Below, one piece after another: positions 34,451 to 44,282 of a DNA stretch of 64,000 bases. The first letter of the stretch is position 1, and each line of letters opens with the position of its first letter. A model generated the notes under the pieces. It saw nothing but the letters and a program-made list of their open reading frames with translations, searched no databases and was not told where the DNA came from. Made by a program: the position numbers and the translations under genes. Where the stretch lies: NCBI GenBank assembly GCA_963704885.1, contig CAVPIB010000001.1:544001-608000 (forward strand). Direction: 5' to 3'. The stretch is from an uncultured Actinomycetes bacterium (GTDB lineage: Bacteria; Actinomycetota; UBA4738; HRBIN12).

Positions 34451-35277
34451 GACTCGCCGCCTTTGTTGACCTCGAGCATCAGGATGTCGTGGATCTCGGA
34501 GACGACGCGAGATACGAGCGCGTCGTCCAGCTGCCGCGGCCGGGGTGCGTGGATGCGTTGTTCTTCCAAGAGCTTTCCAGGGGCGGCCGTCATGACCAGA
34601 ACTCGGTCGGCCAGCAGCGCGGCCTCCCGGACGTTGTGAGTGACGAACACGAACGTCTTGCGACCCTGGCTTTCCACCCACACGCGCTGTAGCTCGTTCT
34701 GGAGGAGCTCGCGCGCCTGTGCGTCCAGCGCGCCGAAGGGCTCGTCGCCCAAGATCACATCCGGATCGCATGCCAGTGCACGGGCCAGCGCTGTTCGCTG
34801 CCGCATCCCCGCCGAGAGCTCATGCGGCTGCGCGTCCGCGAAGTTCGTGAGATGTACGTTCTCCAGCCAGCCCATAGCGCGATCCCGCCGCTCGTCCTGA
34901 GGCACCCCGATGTGCTTGAGCGCGAACTCCACGTTGGCCACGACCGAAAGCCAGGGGAAGAGCGCGGGTTCCTGGAACAGGACGGCACGATCGGGCCCCG
35001 GTCCCACGATCGGCTCCCCGTCGAGCAGTGCCTGGCCCGACGTGGGTGCGTCCAGTCCCGCCAGGATGTTCAAGATCGTGGTCTTGCCGCAGCCCGAGGG
35101 CCCCAGCAGGCAGACGAACTCGCCCTGCAGGACGTCGAGGGTGACGTGGTCTACGGCGGTGACCGTCATGCCGGTGGTGGACGTGCGGGTCTTGACCAGA
35201 TCGCGAAGGGCGAGCTTGGGCGCCGCGGCATCCCGCGGACCGAGAGTTGCCACGGCGCCCTCGGCTCGATCGGCCAT
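34447..35277 (-). CDS. Nitrate/sulfonate-type ABC ATPase
   Basis: GPSGCGKT, FQEPALFPWL, LSAGMRQR, DEPFGALD, VTHN. Confidence 0.92.
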   Translation of the reverse strand: MADRAEGAVATLGPRDAAAPKLALRDLVKTRTSTTGMTVTAVDHVTLDVLQGEFVCLLGPSGCGKTTILNILAGLDAPTSGQALLDGEPIVGPGPDRAVLFQEPALFPWLSVVANVEFALKHIGVPQDERRDRAMGWLENVHLTNFADAQPHELSAGMRQRTALARALACDPDVILGDEPFGALDAQARELLQNELQRVWVESQGRKTFVFVTHNVREAALLADRVLVMTAAPGKLLEEQRIHAPRPRQLDDALVSRVVSEIHDILMLEVNKGGES

Positions 35278-35465
35278 CAGCGCAACCTGAACTTCTCGGC
35301 CATCTCTATCTGCACGACCTTGCCGTCCTGGATCACCAAGACGACCGTTCCGAACTTGATCTTCTGGATGATGTCGGCGACCTTGGCCAGGACCAGGCGC
35401 TCGTCGTCGGTCAATTCGGCCAGTCGTTCCTGCGTGCTCTGCTCCGGGACGGGATCGTCGGCCAC
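35277..35465 (-). CDS. YezD/DUF2292 small protein
   Basis: IQKIKFGTVVLVIQDGKVVQIEMAEKFRL signature; 62 aa. Confidence 0.85.
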   Translation of the reverse strand: MADDPVPEQSTQERLAELTDDERLVLAKVADIIQKIKFGTVVLVIQDGKVVQIEMAEKFRLR

Positions 35466-35474
35466 GATCGGATA

Positions 35475-36515
35475 CTAGGCCGCGATCGACTCGGTCACGA
35501 GGGGGGTCGCCTCCAGCGTGCGACGGGTCTTCGCGAAGTAGGCGATCGAGGCGACGAATCCCACCACGAACGGAGCTCCGATAGCCTGCCACCTGATCCA
35601 TGTCCTTCGACTGAGGCCGGCGGCTTCCCACTGGACCTCAGCATGATTCGCGGCGTCGATCGCGCCCCACAGCGGGAGTGCCACCAAGCCGACGACCAGC
35701 AAGACCACGCCGAGCATCTCCGTTGACAGGTTGAGCAACTTCAGCCCGGACGCGAGTAGGACGAGCACGAGCGCCGGGCGGATCACCCCGTCGGGTGCCT
35801 TGGAGGACATCCGTGCGCCCACGTAGACCCCTGGGATGGAGCCGACCAGGATCGAGGTGGTGAGCCCCGCCTCGAAGTCCCCGAAGAAGATGTGTGTAAG
35901 GGCGGCCGCTGCCACCAGCGGGACCGCTTGCACCAGGTCGGTTCCGACCAACTCTGCGCCCCGCATGCTGGGGTACAACAGCATCAGCGACACGATGATG
36001 ACCGAACCCGAGCCCACGGAGGTCATCCCGACGAGTAGGCCGCCGACGATGCCGATCAGGATGGTCGGGAGAGGCTTCACTTTCAGCGGAGGAGGCTGCG
36101 TGCCCGAGGAACGATGCTGCGCGTTGCGGCGCCCCTGGAGCCACGCCTTCGAGACCATCGCCACCGCGGCCATCATCAATGTGGCTCCCAGCAGCAGCTT
36201 GATCGTGTTCTGCACGTCCTCGCTGTTGCCCAAGCTCCGCAGGATGAAGACACCAGACGCGGCGGCCGGGATCGAGCCGATAGCCAGCCAAAGAACCAGT
36301 TCCCAGCGGACGGTCTTGCGCCGGATGTGCACGCCGCTGCCGACCGGCTTCATGATCATGGCGGCGACCAGGTCGCTGGACACCGCCGCGCTGGGCGGGA
36401 TCCCGAAAACCAAGACGAGGATCGGGGTCATGAGCGCCCCGCCGCCCATGCCGGTCAGCCCGACGGTGAATCCGACGAGCAGCGCGGCGAACGTGACATA
36501 GAGGTCGATGTCCAT
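35475..36515 (-). CDS. TauE/SafE sulfite exporter family protein
   Basis: GLTGMGGGALMTP, GMTSVGSGS, LVGTDLVQAVPL. Confidence 0.9.
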   Translation of the reverse strand: MDIDLYVTFAALLVGFTVGLTGMGGGALMTPILVLVFGIPPSAAVSSDLVAAMIMKPVGSGVHIRRKTVRWELVLWLAIGSIPAAASGVFILRSLGNSEDVQNTIKLLLGATLMMAAVAMVSKAWLQGRRNAQHRSSGTQPPPLKVKPLPTILIGIVGGLLVGMTSVGSGSVIIVSLMLLYPSMRGAELVGTDLVQAVPLVAAAALTHIFFGDFEAGLTTSILVGSIPGVYVGARMSSKAPDGVIRPALVLVLLASGLKLLNLSTEMLGVVLLVVGLVALPLWGAIDAANHAEVQWEAAGLSRRTWIRWQAIGAPFVVGFVASIAYFAKTRRTLEATPLVTESIAA

Positions 36516-36540
36516 CTGGTCTTCCCTGTGCTTCCCAAGG

Positions 36541-36618
36541 AACAACAAAGGCCACGGCGAAGAAAGAGGGTTCCGCCGCGGCCTCCAGTCGTCTGGTCAG
36601 CTGCTTCAGGGGATGCTA
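36541..36618 (-). promoter_or_regulatory. Leader motif copy 1: -10 box, conserved hairpin, overlapping terminator
   Basis: TAGCAT (36613-18) then GCAGCUGACCAGACGACUGG-AGGCCGCGGCGGA..UUCGCCGUGGCCU-UUGUUGUU; 28 nt (36577-36604) identical to copy 2. Confidence 0.8.
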
Positions 36619-36692
36619 GCTGCGGCGATGGGGGGCGTCAATCAGCCGGATGATGCGGGACCTTCGCCCCGGATCAATCGTCCGAACGGCGG

Positions 36693-37889
36693 CTATGCGG
36701 TGTGCGTTCCGAACAGGAGTCCCGAGAGTAGGAACGTGATCGGGAGCAGGAACAGCGTGCCGACGAAGAACGCCAAGCGACGGTTCGAGGCGACCAGGTA
36801 GTCGTCCAAGCCGAGCACCGCCGTCTTCACTGGTCGATACACGAAGGCGAGGATGATCAGGGAGACGAGCGTGACCCCGATCGCCTCTGCAAGCACGATC
36901 TGTCCTGCGATGGGGGTGTTCTGCAACATCGCCACCACCAGGGTGTCGGCGAGAGTGGTGATGTTCGCGCCCATGATGTAGGGGAGGGCCTCCTCGCGCT
37001 TCACGTAGCCCTTGGCCGCAAGCGGCACCAACACGGTGAGTGCCACAGACACAGATAGCGTGAGGAACGCCACGAGGCATCCCAGGCCGAACATGGTCCA
37101 CGGGTGCTTCAACCACTTCGCGTGGTTGGAGACCGCGGTCCCTGTGCTGAGGTTCGGCAGAACGCGATCGAGGAGGCTGAACGAGACCAAGATCACGCCG
37201 AGACCGACAAGGAACAGCGCCCAGCCAGGCAGGTTGACCGAGGCCGCGTCGACGAGTGGGCCCCAGAGCGCGCCCAACAGGGCCTCCATCTTCGCGGAGG
37301 CGTGCCAGTTCATCCCGTCCAGCAGGCCGCCGCGCAGGATCGCGTAGCCGATGAGCATGCCGGGGATGTACACGATCGCGGTCATGGTCATCGCCTGGAT
37401 GCCGATCCCGATCGACTCTCCGCGATCCCGGCTCCGGTTCCTCATGGCGTAGAGGAAGCCGGTCATCAGCACGATGAAGGACGCGCCCAGCCGCGAGCCG
37501 GAGAGCATGGTGAACGTCTGGAGCTTGGTGAGCGTGCCGGCGCCGAACAAGCTGATGGCGGTCGCGGCGACCGGCGAGCCCGACAGCACGAAGTAGGCCC
37601 CCAGCCAACCCGTGCCCAGCGTGGAGACGCCGTTCGCGAACGGGAACTGACCCTTGATCTGCGGCCCCACAGCAGTGGCGCCGGCCTTCATCAACTGGAT
37701 CGCCAGGATGAACAGGAAGATCGCCGGTAGGAACAACGCGAGCTTCTTGATGACGTACCACGCGCCGCGCTCAACGACCTCAACGGTGTGGTGGTCGACC
37801 AAGTGGTGCTCGCTCGGGTGGTGGTCGCCCAGCCCAGGAACCAGGACGAGCTCATCCGTGAGCTCGGCGCGGCTCTGAACCTCTTCCAT
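36693..37889 (-). CDS. Na+/phosphate-cotransporter-like membrane protein (anion symporter)
   Basis: LSGSPVA, GSRLGASF and PYIMGANITT repeats, many TMs; RBS GGGAGG before ATG 37889. Confidence 0.75.
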   Translation of the reverse strand: MEEVQSRAELTDELVLVPGLGDHHPSEHHLVDHHTVEVVERGAWYVIKKLALFLPAIFLFILAIQLMKAGATAVGPQIKGQFPFANGVSTLGTGWLGAYFVLSGSPVAATAISLFGAGTLTKLQTFTMLSGSRLGASFIVLMTGFLYAMRNRSRDRGESIGIGIQAMTMTAIVYIPGMLIGYAILRGGLLDGMNWHASAKMEALLGALWGPLVDAASVNLPGWALFLVGLGVILVSFSLLDRVLPNLSTGTAVSNHAKWLKHPWTMFGLGCLVAFLTLSVSVALTVLVPLAAKGYVKREEALPYIMGANITTLADTLVVAMLQNTPIAGQIVLAEAIGVTLVSLIILAFVYRPVKTAVLGLDDYLVASNRRLAFFVGTLFLLPITFLLSGLLFGTHTA

Positions 37890-37905
37890 GCGATCCTCCC
37901 TTGGC

Positions 37906-37974
37906 AACGGAAAAGGCCGCGGCGCAAGATGCGTCGCGGCCTCCAGTCGTCTGGTCAGCTGCCGGGGCACCGTA
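37906..37974 (-). promoter_or_regulatory. Leader motif copy 2: -10 box, conserved hairpin, overlapping terminator
   Basis: TGG-TACGGT (37969-74) then GCAGCUGACCAGACGACUGG-AGGCCGCGACGCA-UCU-UGCGCCGCGGCCU-UUUCCGUU; 37935-37962 identical to copy 1. Confidence 0.8.
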
Positions 37975-38085
37975 CCAACCGGTCTTCCGAAGCGTCAAGG
38001 ACCGAAGGGCTAGCTTCGGCTCCCGCCGTTCGGCCTATCCCACACCGGCCGTGCGGTCAATGCGGTCCTCTAGACTGTGGGCGCC

Positions 38086-39360
38086 ATGCCGGCCTCGATC
38101 GTGCTCGGGACGCAGTGGGGGGACGAGGGCAAGGGCAAGGCGGTCGACTACCTGGCGGATCGGATGGACTTCGTGGTCCGCTATCAAGGCGGCAACAACG
38201 CGGGCCACACCGTGATCGCCGAGGGACGGCTGCTGAAGCTCCAGCTGATCCCCTCGGGCATCCTCTACGACCACATCACGTCGGTGATCGCCGACGGGGT
38301 GGTGGTGGACCCGCGCCACCTGATCAAAGAGATGGCGTCGCTCCGCGAGCTGGGCATCGACGTCTCCCGGCTGGTCGTGTCCGGCAACGCTCACATGATC
38401 ATGCCGTACCACTTGGAGTTGGAGAAGGTGACAGAGCGGTTCCTGGGCAAGAACGCGCTCGGCACCACCAAGCGAGGGATCGGCCCGGCCTATGGCGACA
38501 AGGCCGCGCGCATCGGCCTGCGCATCCAGGACCTGTTCGACGCGAAGATCTTCCGCGAGAAGCTCGACGTGGTCCTGCGGGAGAAGAACCTGATCCTCAC
38601 GAAGATCTACAACCGATTGCCGCTCGACGCCGACCTGATCGTCGAGGAGTACATGGAACTGGCATCGCAGCTGGAGCCGCACGTCGCCGACACCGGGGCG
38701 CTCCTGCATCACGGCTTGCGCGACGGCAAGCACGTGATGCTCGAGGGCGCGCAGGGCACCCTGCTCGACCTGGATCACGGGACGTATCCGTTCGTGACGT
38801 CGTCGAACCCCGTTGCCGGCTACGCCCTCGCGTCCGCGGGCATCGGTCCACTCGAGGTGGACCGAGTGATCGGGATCGTGAAGGCCTATGTCACCCGCGT
38901 GGGCGCTGGGCCGTTCCCGACCGAGGACCTCGGCGTCGTGGGCGAGCGGTTGGGTGTGAGAGGAAAGGAGTTCGGGACCGTCACCGGCCGCAAGCGCCGG
39001 TGCGGCTGGTTCGACGCTGTGCTGGCACGCTACGCGGCTCGGCTGAACGGCCTGACCGAGCAGTTCGTGACCAAGCTCGACGTGCTCTCGGGATTCGAGA
39101 AGGTGAAGATCTGCACCGGGTACCGAGCCGACGGCGAACTCTATGAGGACTTCCCGCCGCACCAATCCCTATTCCACAAGGCCGAGCCCGTGTTCGAGGA
39201 GCTCGACGGGTGGATGGAGGAGATCGACGAAGCGAAGACGTTCGAAGACCTGCCTAAACAGGCGCGCGCGTATGTGCAGCGCATGGCCGAACTGGTGAGC
39301 GTCCCGGTGTCGGTCGTTTCGATCGGACCCGCGCGCGAGCAGAGCTTGCCGGTCGGATGA
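38086..39360 (+). CDS. purA: Adenylosuccinate synthetase
   Basis: QWGDEGKGK, GGNNAGHT, EGAQG, GTVTGRKRRCGW. Confidence 0.98.
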   Translation: MPASIVLGTQWGDEGKGKAVDYLADRMDFVVRYQGGNNAGHTVIAEGRLLKLQLIPSGILYDHITSVIADGVVVDPRHLIKEMASLRELGIDVSRLVVSGNAHMIMPYHLELEKVTERFLGKNALGTTKRGIGPAYGDKAARIGLRIQDLFDAKIFREKLDVVLREKNLILTKIYNRLPLDADLIVEEYMELASQLEPHVADTGALLHHGLRDGKHVMLEGAQGTLLDLDHGTYPFVTSSNPVAGYALASAGIGPLEVDRVIGIVKAYVTRVGAGPFPTEDLGVVGERLGVRGKEFGTVTGRKRRCGWFDAVLARYAARLNGLTEQFVTKLDVLSGFEKVKICTGYRADGELYEDFPPHQSLFHKAEPVFEELDGWMEEIDEAKTFEDLPKQARAYVQRMAELVSVPVSVVSIGPAREQSLPVG

Positions 39361-40634
39361 AGGTCTTGCTCGTCGGCGCGGGCGCCCGCGAGCACGCGCT
39401 GGCGTGGCGGCTGGCGCAGAGTCCACTCGTGGACCAGTTGGTGGTCGCGCCCGGCAACGCGGGGATCGCGTCGCTGGCCCGTTGTGAACCTGTGGACATC
39501 AACGACATCAACGGACTGGTGTCGCTGGCCGTAAGGGAGGACGCCGACCTCACGGTCGTCGGTCCCGAGGCCCCACTGGTCGCCGGCCTGGCCGACGAGC
39601 TGGAGGCGCGCGGACGCCGCGTGTTCGGACCGACGAAGGCGGGCGCCGCTCTCGAGGGCTCGAAGGCGTTCGCCAAGGACCTGATGCTGCGACACGGGAT
39701 CCCGACCGCGCGCTCCGGCGCGTTCACCGACGTGGAGAAGGCCACGGCGTTCGTGGATGAGCTCGGAGGCAGGGCGGTCGTGAAGGCCGACGGCCTGGCG
39801 GCGGGCAAGGGCGTGACCGTCGCGCTCGAACGGGCGACGGCGATCGGTGCACTTGAGGACTCGCTGGTGCGAGGCGCGTTCGGGGTGGCGGGGTCGACGG
39901 TGGTCGTCGAGGAGTTGCTGGAAGGTCCGGAGATCTCGGTGTTCGCGTTGATGGATCGAGACACGTTAGTTCCGCTCGGACTCGCGCAGGACTTCAAGAG
40001 GATCGGCGACGGCGACGTAGGCCCCAATACCGGGGGGATGGGCGCGTACTCGCCGCTCCCATGGCTCGACACGGAGATCGAGGGCCGCATCTGGGAGGAG
40101 TCGGTGATACCGACGTTCCACGCTCTCCGCGACGAGGGCATCGGATATCGGGGGTGTCTGTTCGCAGGTGTGATGCTGACGGCGGATGGCCCCAAGGTTC
40201 TCGAGTTCAACTGCCGGTTCGGTGATCCAGAGACCGAGGTGCTGATCCCCCGGATCGGCGGGGACCTCGCCGCGCAGCTCCTGGCCTGCGCCCAGGGGCG
40301 CCTCTCGGGGTCCGTAGCCAGCGAAAGCCCGGATGCGGCCGTGACCGTCGTCCTGGCGTCTGCCGGCTATCCAGGGCCTTACGAGGCGGGCTTCGAGATC
40401 CACGGGCTGGACGCGGCCGGAGAGGTGGAGGGCGTGACCGTATTCCACGCTGGGACCGCGATGCGGGACGGTAGAGTGGTGACCGCCGGGGGCCGCGTGC
40501 TTGCGGTGAGTGCGCTCGGGGCTACGCTCCGCGACGCGCACGCCCGGGTGTACGAGGCCTGCGGTCTGATCACGTTCGAAGGTATGCGGTACCGCAACGA
40601 CATCGCCGCCGCGGCGGCGGAAGGGGAGCGATAG
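39357..40634 (+). CDS. purD: Phosphoribosylamine-glycine ligase
   Basis: GAREHAL, VKADGLAAGKGV, GPNTGGMGAY, EFNCRFGDPE. Confidence 0.97.
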   Translation: MKVLLVGAGAREHALAWRLAQSPLVDQLVVAPGNAGIASLARCEPVDINDINGLVSLAVREDADLTVVGPEAPLVAGLADELEARGRRVFGPTKAGAALEGSKAFAKDLMLRHGIPTARSGAFTDVEKATAFVDELGGRAVVKADGLAAGKGVTVALERATAIGALEDSLVRGAFGVAGSTVVVEELLEGPEISVFALMDRDTLVPLGLAQDFKRIGDGDVGPNTGGMGAYSPLPWLDTEIEGRIWEESVIPTFHALRDEGIGYRGCLFAGVMLTADGPKVLEFNCRFGDPETEVLIPRIGGDLAAQLLACAQGRLSGSVASESPDAAVTVVLASAGYPGPYEAGFEIHGLDAAGEVEGVTVFHAGTAMRDGRVVTAGGRVLAVSALGATLRDAHARVYEACGLITFEGMRYRNDIAAAAAEGER

Positions 40635-41107
40635 GTGGTCGACCAGACGCCGAAGGTCGGAGTGCTCGCCGCGTCGCCGTCCGAGCTCCCGATCATGCGC
40701 CAGGCTGGGTTGATCCTGGAGAAGTTCGACATCGCGCACGAGGTCCAGATCATGTCCTCGTCGCGGACCCCGGATCTCGTCGACGAGTACGCCCGCACCG
40801 CTTTCGAGCGTGGCCTCAAGGTCGTTATCTGTTCGACCGGCATGTCGGGGCATCTGGCCGCGGCCGTGGCTGCGCGCACGATCCTGCCCGTTATCGGCGT
40901 GCCGATCGCGTCGTCGCCGCAGATGGTGGGCAACGAGGCGCTCGCGATCACCGCACAGATGCCCACCGGGGTCCCGGTCGCCACCGTTGGCGTTGACGCC
41001 GCCGTGAACGCCGCCGTATTGGCTGCGCAGATCGTGGCGATCGGCGACCCCAGCGTGCAGACGATCCTCTGGAAGTTCAAGGACGACCTGGGAGAGGGCC
41101 TGAGACT

Positions 41108-41111
<4 letters not shown>
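40635..41111 (+). CDS. purE: PurE-family AIR carboxylase/N5-CAIR mutase (divergent)
   Basis: PVIGVP, QMPTGVPVATV, NAAVLA; between purD and purB; SAHR loop altered to SSSR. Confidence 0.85.
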
Positions 41112-42417
<1,306 letters not shown>

Positions 42418-42421
<4 letters not shown>

Positions 42422-43311
42422 GCGCGAGCGCCGGTCTGCACGCACGCGGCAAGGTCCGCGACGTCTACGAGGCCGGCGACGATCTTCTGCTGGTGGCCAC
42501 CGACCGGATCAGCGCGTTCGATGTGGTCCTTCCCACGCCGATCCCAGATAAGGGCCGGGTGCTGACGGGCCTCTCGCTGTTCTGGTTCGACCGGACGTCG
42601 GATCTGGTGCGCGATCACCTGATCACGGCGGACCGAGCCGCGTTCCCGCCGCCGTTCGTCGACGATCCGTCCCTCGCCGGGCGCGCGATGCTCGTGACGC
42701 GCGCGGACGTGATCCCCGTCGAGTGCATCGCGCGAGGCTACCTCTCCGGATCGGGGTGGAAGCAGTACCAGCTCGAGGGCGCGGTCTGTGGCGTGAAGCT
42801 TCCGCCGGCACTGGTCGAGTCGGACCGCCTGCCCGAGCCGATCTTCACGCCGACCACGAAGGCGACGGCGGGTCACGACATTCCGCTCTCGCCGCAAGAG
42901 ACCCGCGATCTGTTGGGCATCGGGTTGGCCGAGCGCCTGAAGGAGCTCACATTGACCATCTACGAACGGGCCGCCGCCGTCGCGATGGAGCGCGGGATCA
43001 TCCTGGCAGACACCAAGTTCGAGTTCGGGTTCGCCGGTGGCGAGCTGATGCTGATCGACGAGGTCTGCACCCCGGACTCCTCGCGCTTCTGGCCGGCCGA
43101 TCGCTATGCGCCGGGCGGCGCACAGCCTTCGTTCGACAAGCAGTACGTACGCGATTGGCTGGACGCGAGCGGCTGGAACCACGAGCCGCCACCGCCGGAG
43201 ATCCGAGATGACGTCGTTGCACAGACGGCCGGCCGATACCGGGAGGCGTACGAGCGACTGACGGGCGAGCGGTTCGATGACTACCTGATCAGGATGGGGG
43301 CACGATCGTGA
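42418..43311 (+). CDS. purC: SAICAR synthetase
   Basis: GKVRDVY, DRISAFD, ADTKFEFG, TPDSSRFW, DKQYVRDWL. Confidence 0.97.
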
Positions 43312-43562
43312 CTTTCGTGTTCGAGGTGTTGGTGACGCTCAAGCCGGGGCTGTCCGACCCGCAGGGCAAAGCGGTGGAGGGTTCGCTGCCGGCGCTCGGA
43401 TGGACCAACGTGCACGATGTGCACGTTGGCAAGCACATCCGAGTGTCGGTGGAGGCTGCGGACGAGACTTCGGCGCGCACGCAGGTAGACGAGATGGCGC
43501 GGGGCCTCCTGTCCAATCCCGTGATCGAGGAGTACAGGATCCTGGAGACCGAGGAGGCGTGA
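43308..43562 (+). CDS. purS: FGAM synthase subunit PurS
   Basis: [17 protein letters not shown]. Confidence 0.95.
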   Translation: MTFVFEVLVTLKPGLSDPQGKAVEGSLPALGWTNVHDVHVGKHIRVSVEAADETSARTQVDEMARGLLSNPVIEEYRILETEEA

Positions 43563-43566
43563 GCAC

Positions 43567-44277
43567 GTGACCATCGGCACGCCGCGGATCGGCGTGATCA
43601 CGTTCCCTGGGTCGCTCGACGACCTAGACGCGCTGCGAGCGATCGAGACCATGGGTGGGGAGTCTGTATCTCTCTGGCATGCCGACGCCGACCTGCGCGG
43701 CGTGGACGCCGTGGTGCTGCCCGGCGGGTTCAGCTATGGGGATTACCTCCGAACGGGGGCGATCGCGCGGTTCGCGCCGGTGATGGACGAGGTGCGCTCG
43801 TTCGCCGACCGAGGCGGCCCGGTGCTGGGGATCTGCAACGGCTTCCAGATCCTCTGCGAGAGTGGTCTGCTGCCGGGCGCTTTGATCCGGAACCGATCGC
43901 TCCGCTTCGTGTGCCGCCAGGTACACGTTCGCGTCGAGACCACCGTGACGCCGGTGACCATGGACCTGGTGCCCGGCGAGGTGTTGGACATCCCGGTCAA
44001 GCACGGGGAGGGGCAGTTCGTGGCCGGCGCGGACGAGCTGGCCGCGATCGAGGCGGAGGGACGGGTCGTGTTCCGCTACTGCGCCTCCGATGGATCGCTC
44101 GACGACGTCCACAACCCCAACGGCAGCGCGAACGCGATCGCCGGCGTGCGGAACGAGGCAGGGAACGTCGTGGGGCTCATGCCGCATCCCGAGCACGCCG
44201 TGGATCCCGACCTCGGTCCCACCGGCGGACAACCGCTGTTCGGATCGCTCCTCACGAACGTGCTCGCGAGGGCCTAG
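43567..44277 (+). CDS. purQ: FGAM synthase glutaminase subunit
   Basis: [23 protein letters not shown]. Confidence 0.97.
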   Translation: MTIGTPRIGVITFPGSLDDLDALRAIETMGGESVSLWHADADLRGVDAVVLPGGFSYGDYLRTGAIARFAPVMDEVRSFADRGGPVLGICNGFQILCESGLLPGALIRNRSLRFVCRQVHVRVETTVTPVTMDLVPGEVLDIPVKHGEGQFVAGADELAAIEAEGRVVFRYCASDGSLDDVHNPNGSANAIAGVRNEAGNVVGLMPHPEHAVDPDLGPTGGQPLFGSLLTNVLARA

Positions 44278-44282
44278 GGAAC

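Noticed and set aside
32535-36515. Possible sulfoglycolysis cluster (DUF2090 aldolase next to sulfonate ABC and TauE)
   Set aside because: The genes are convergent and no sulfoquinovosidase, isomerase, kinase or reductase is present
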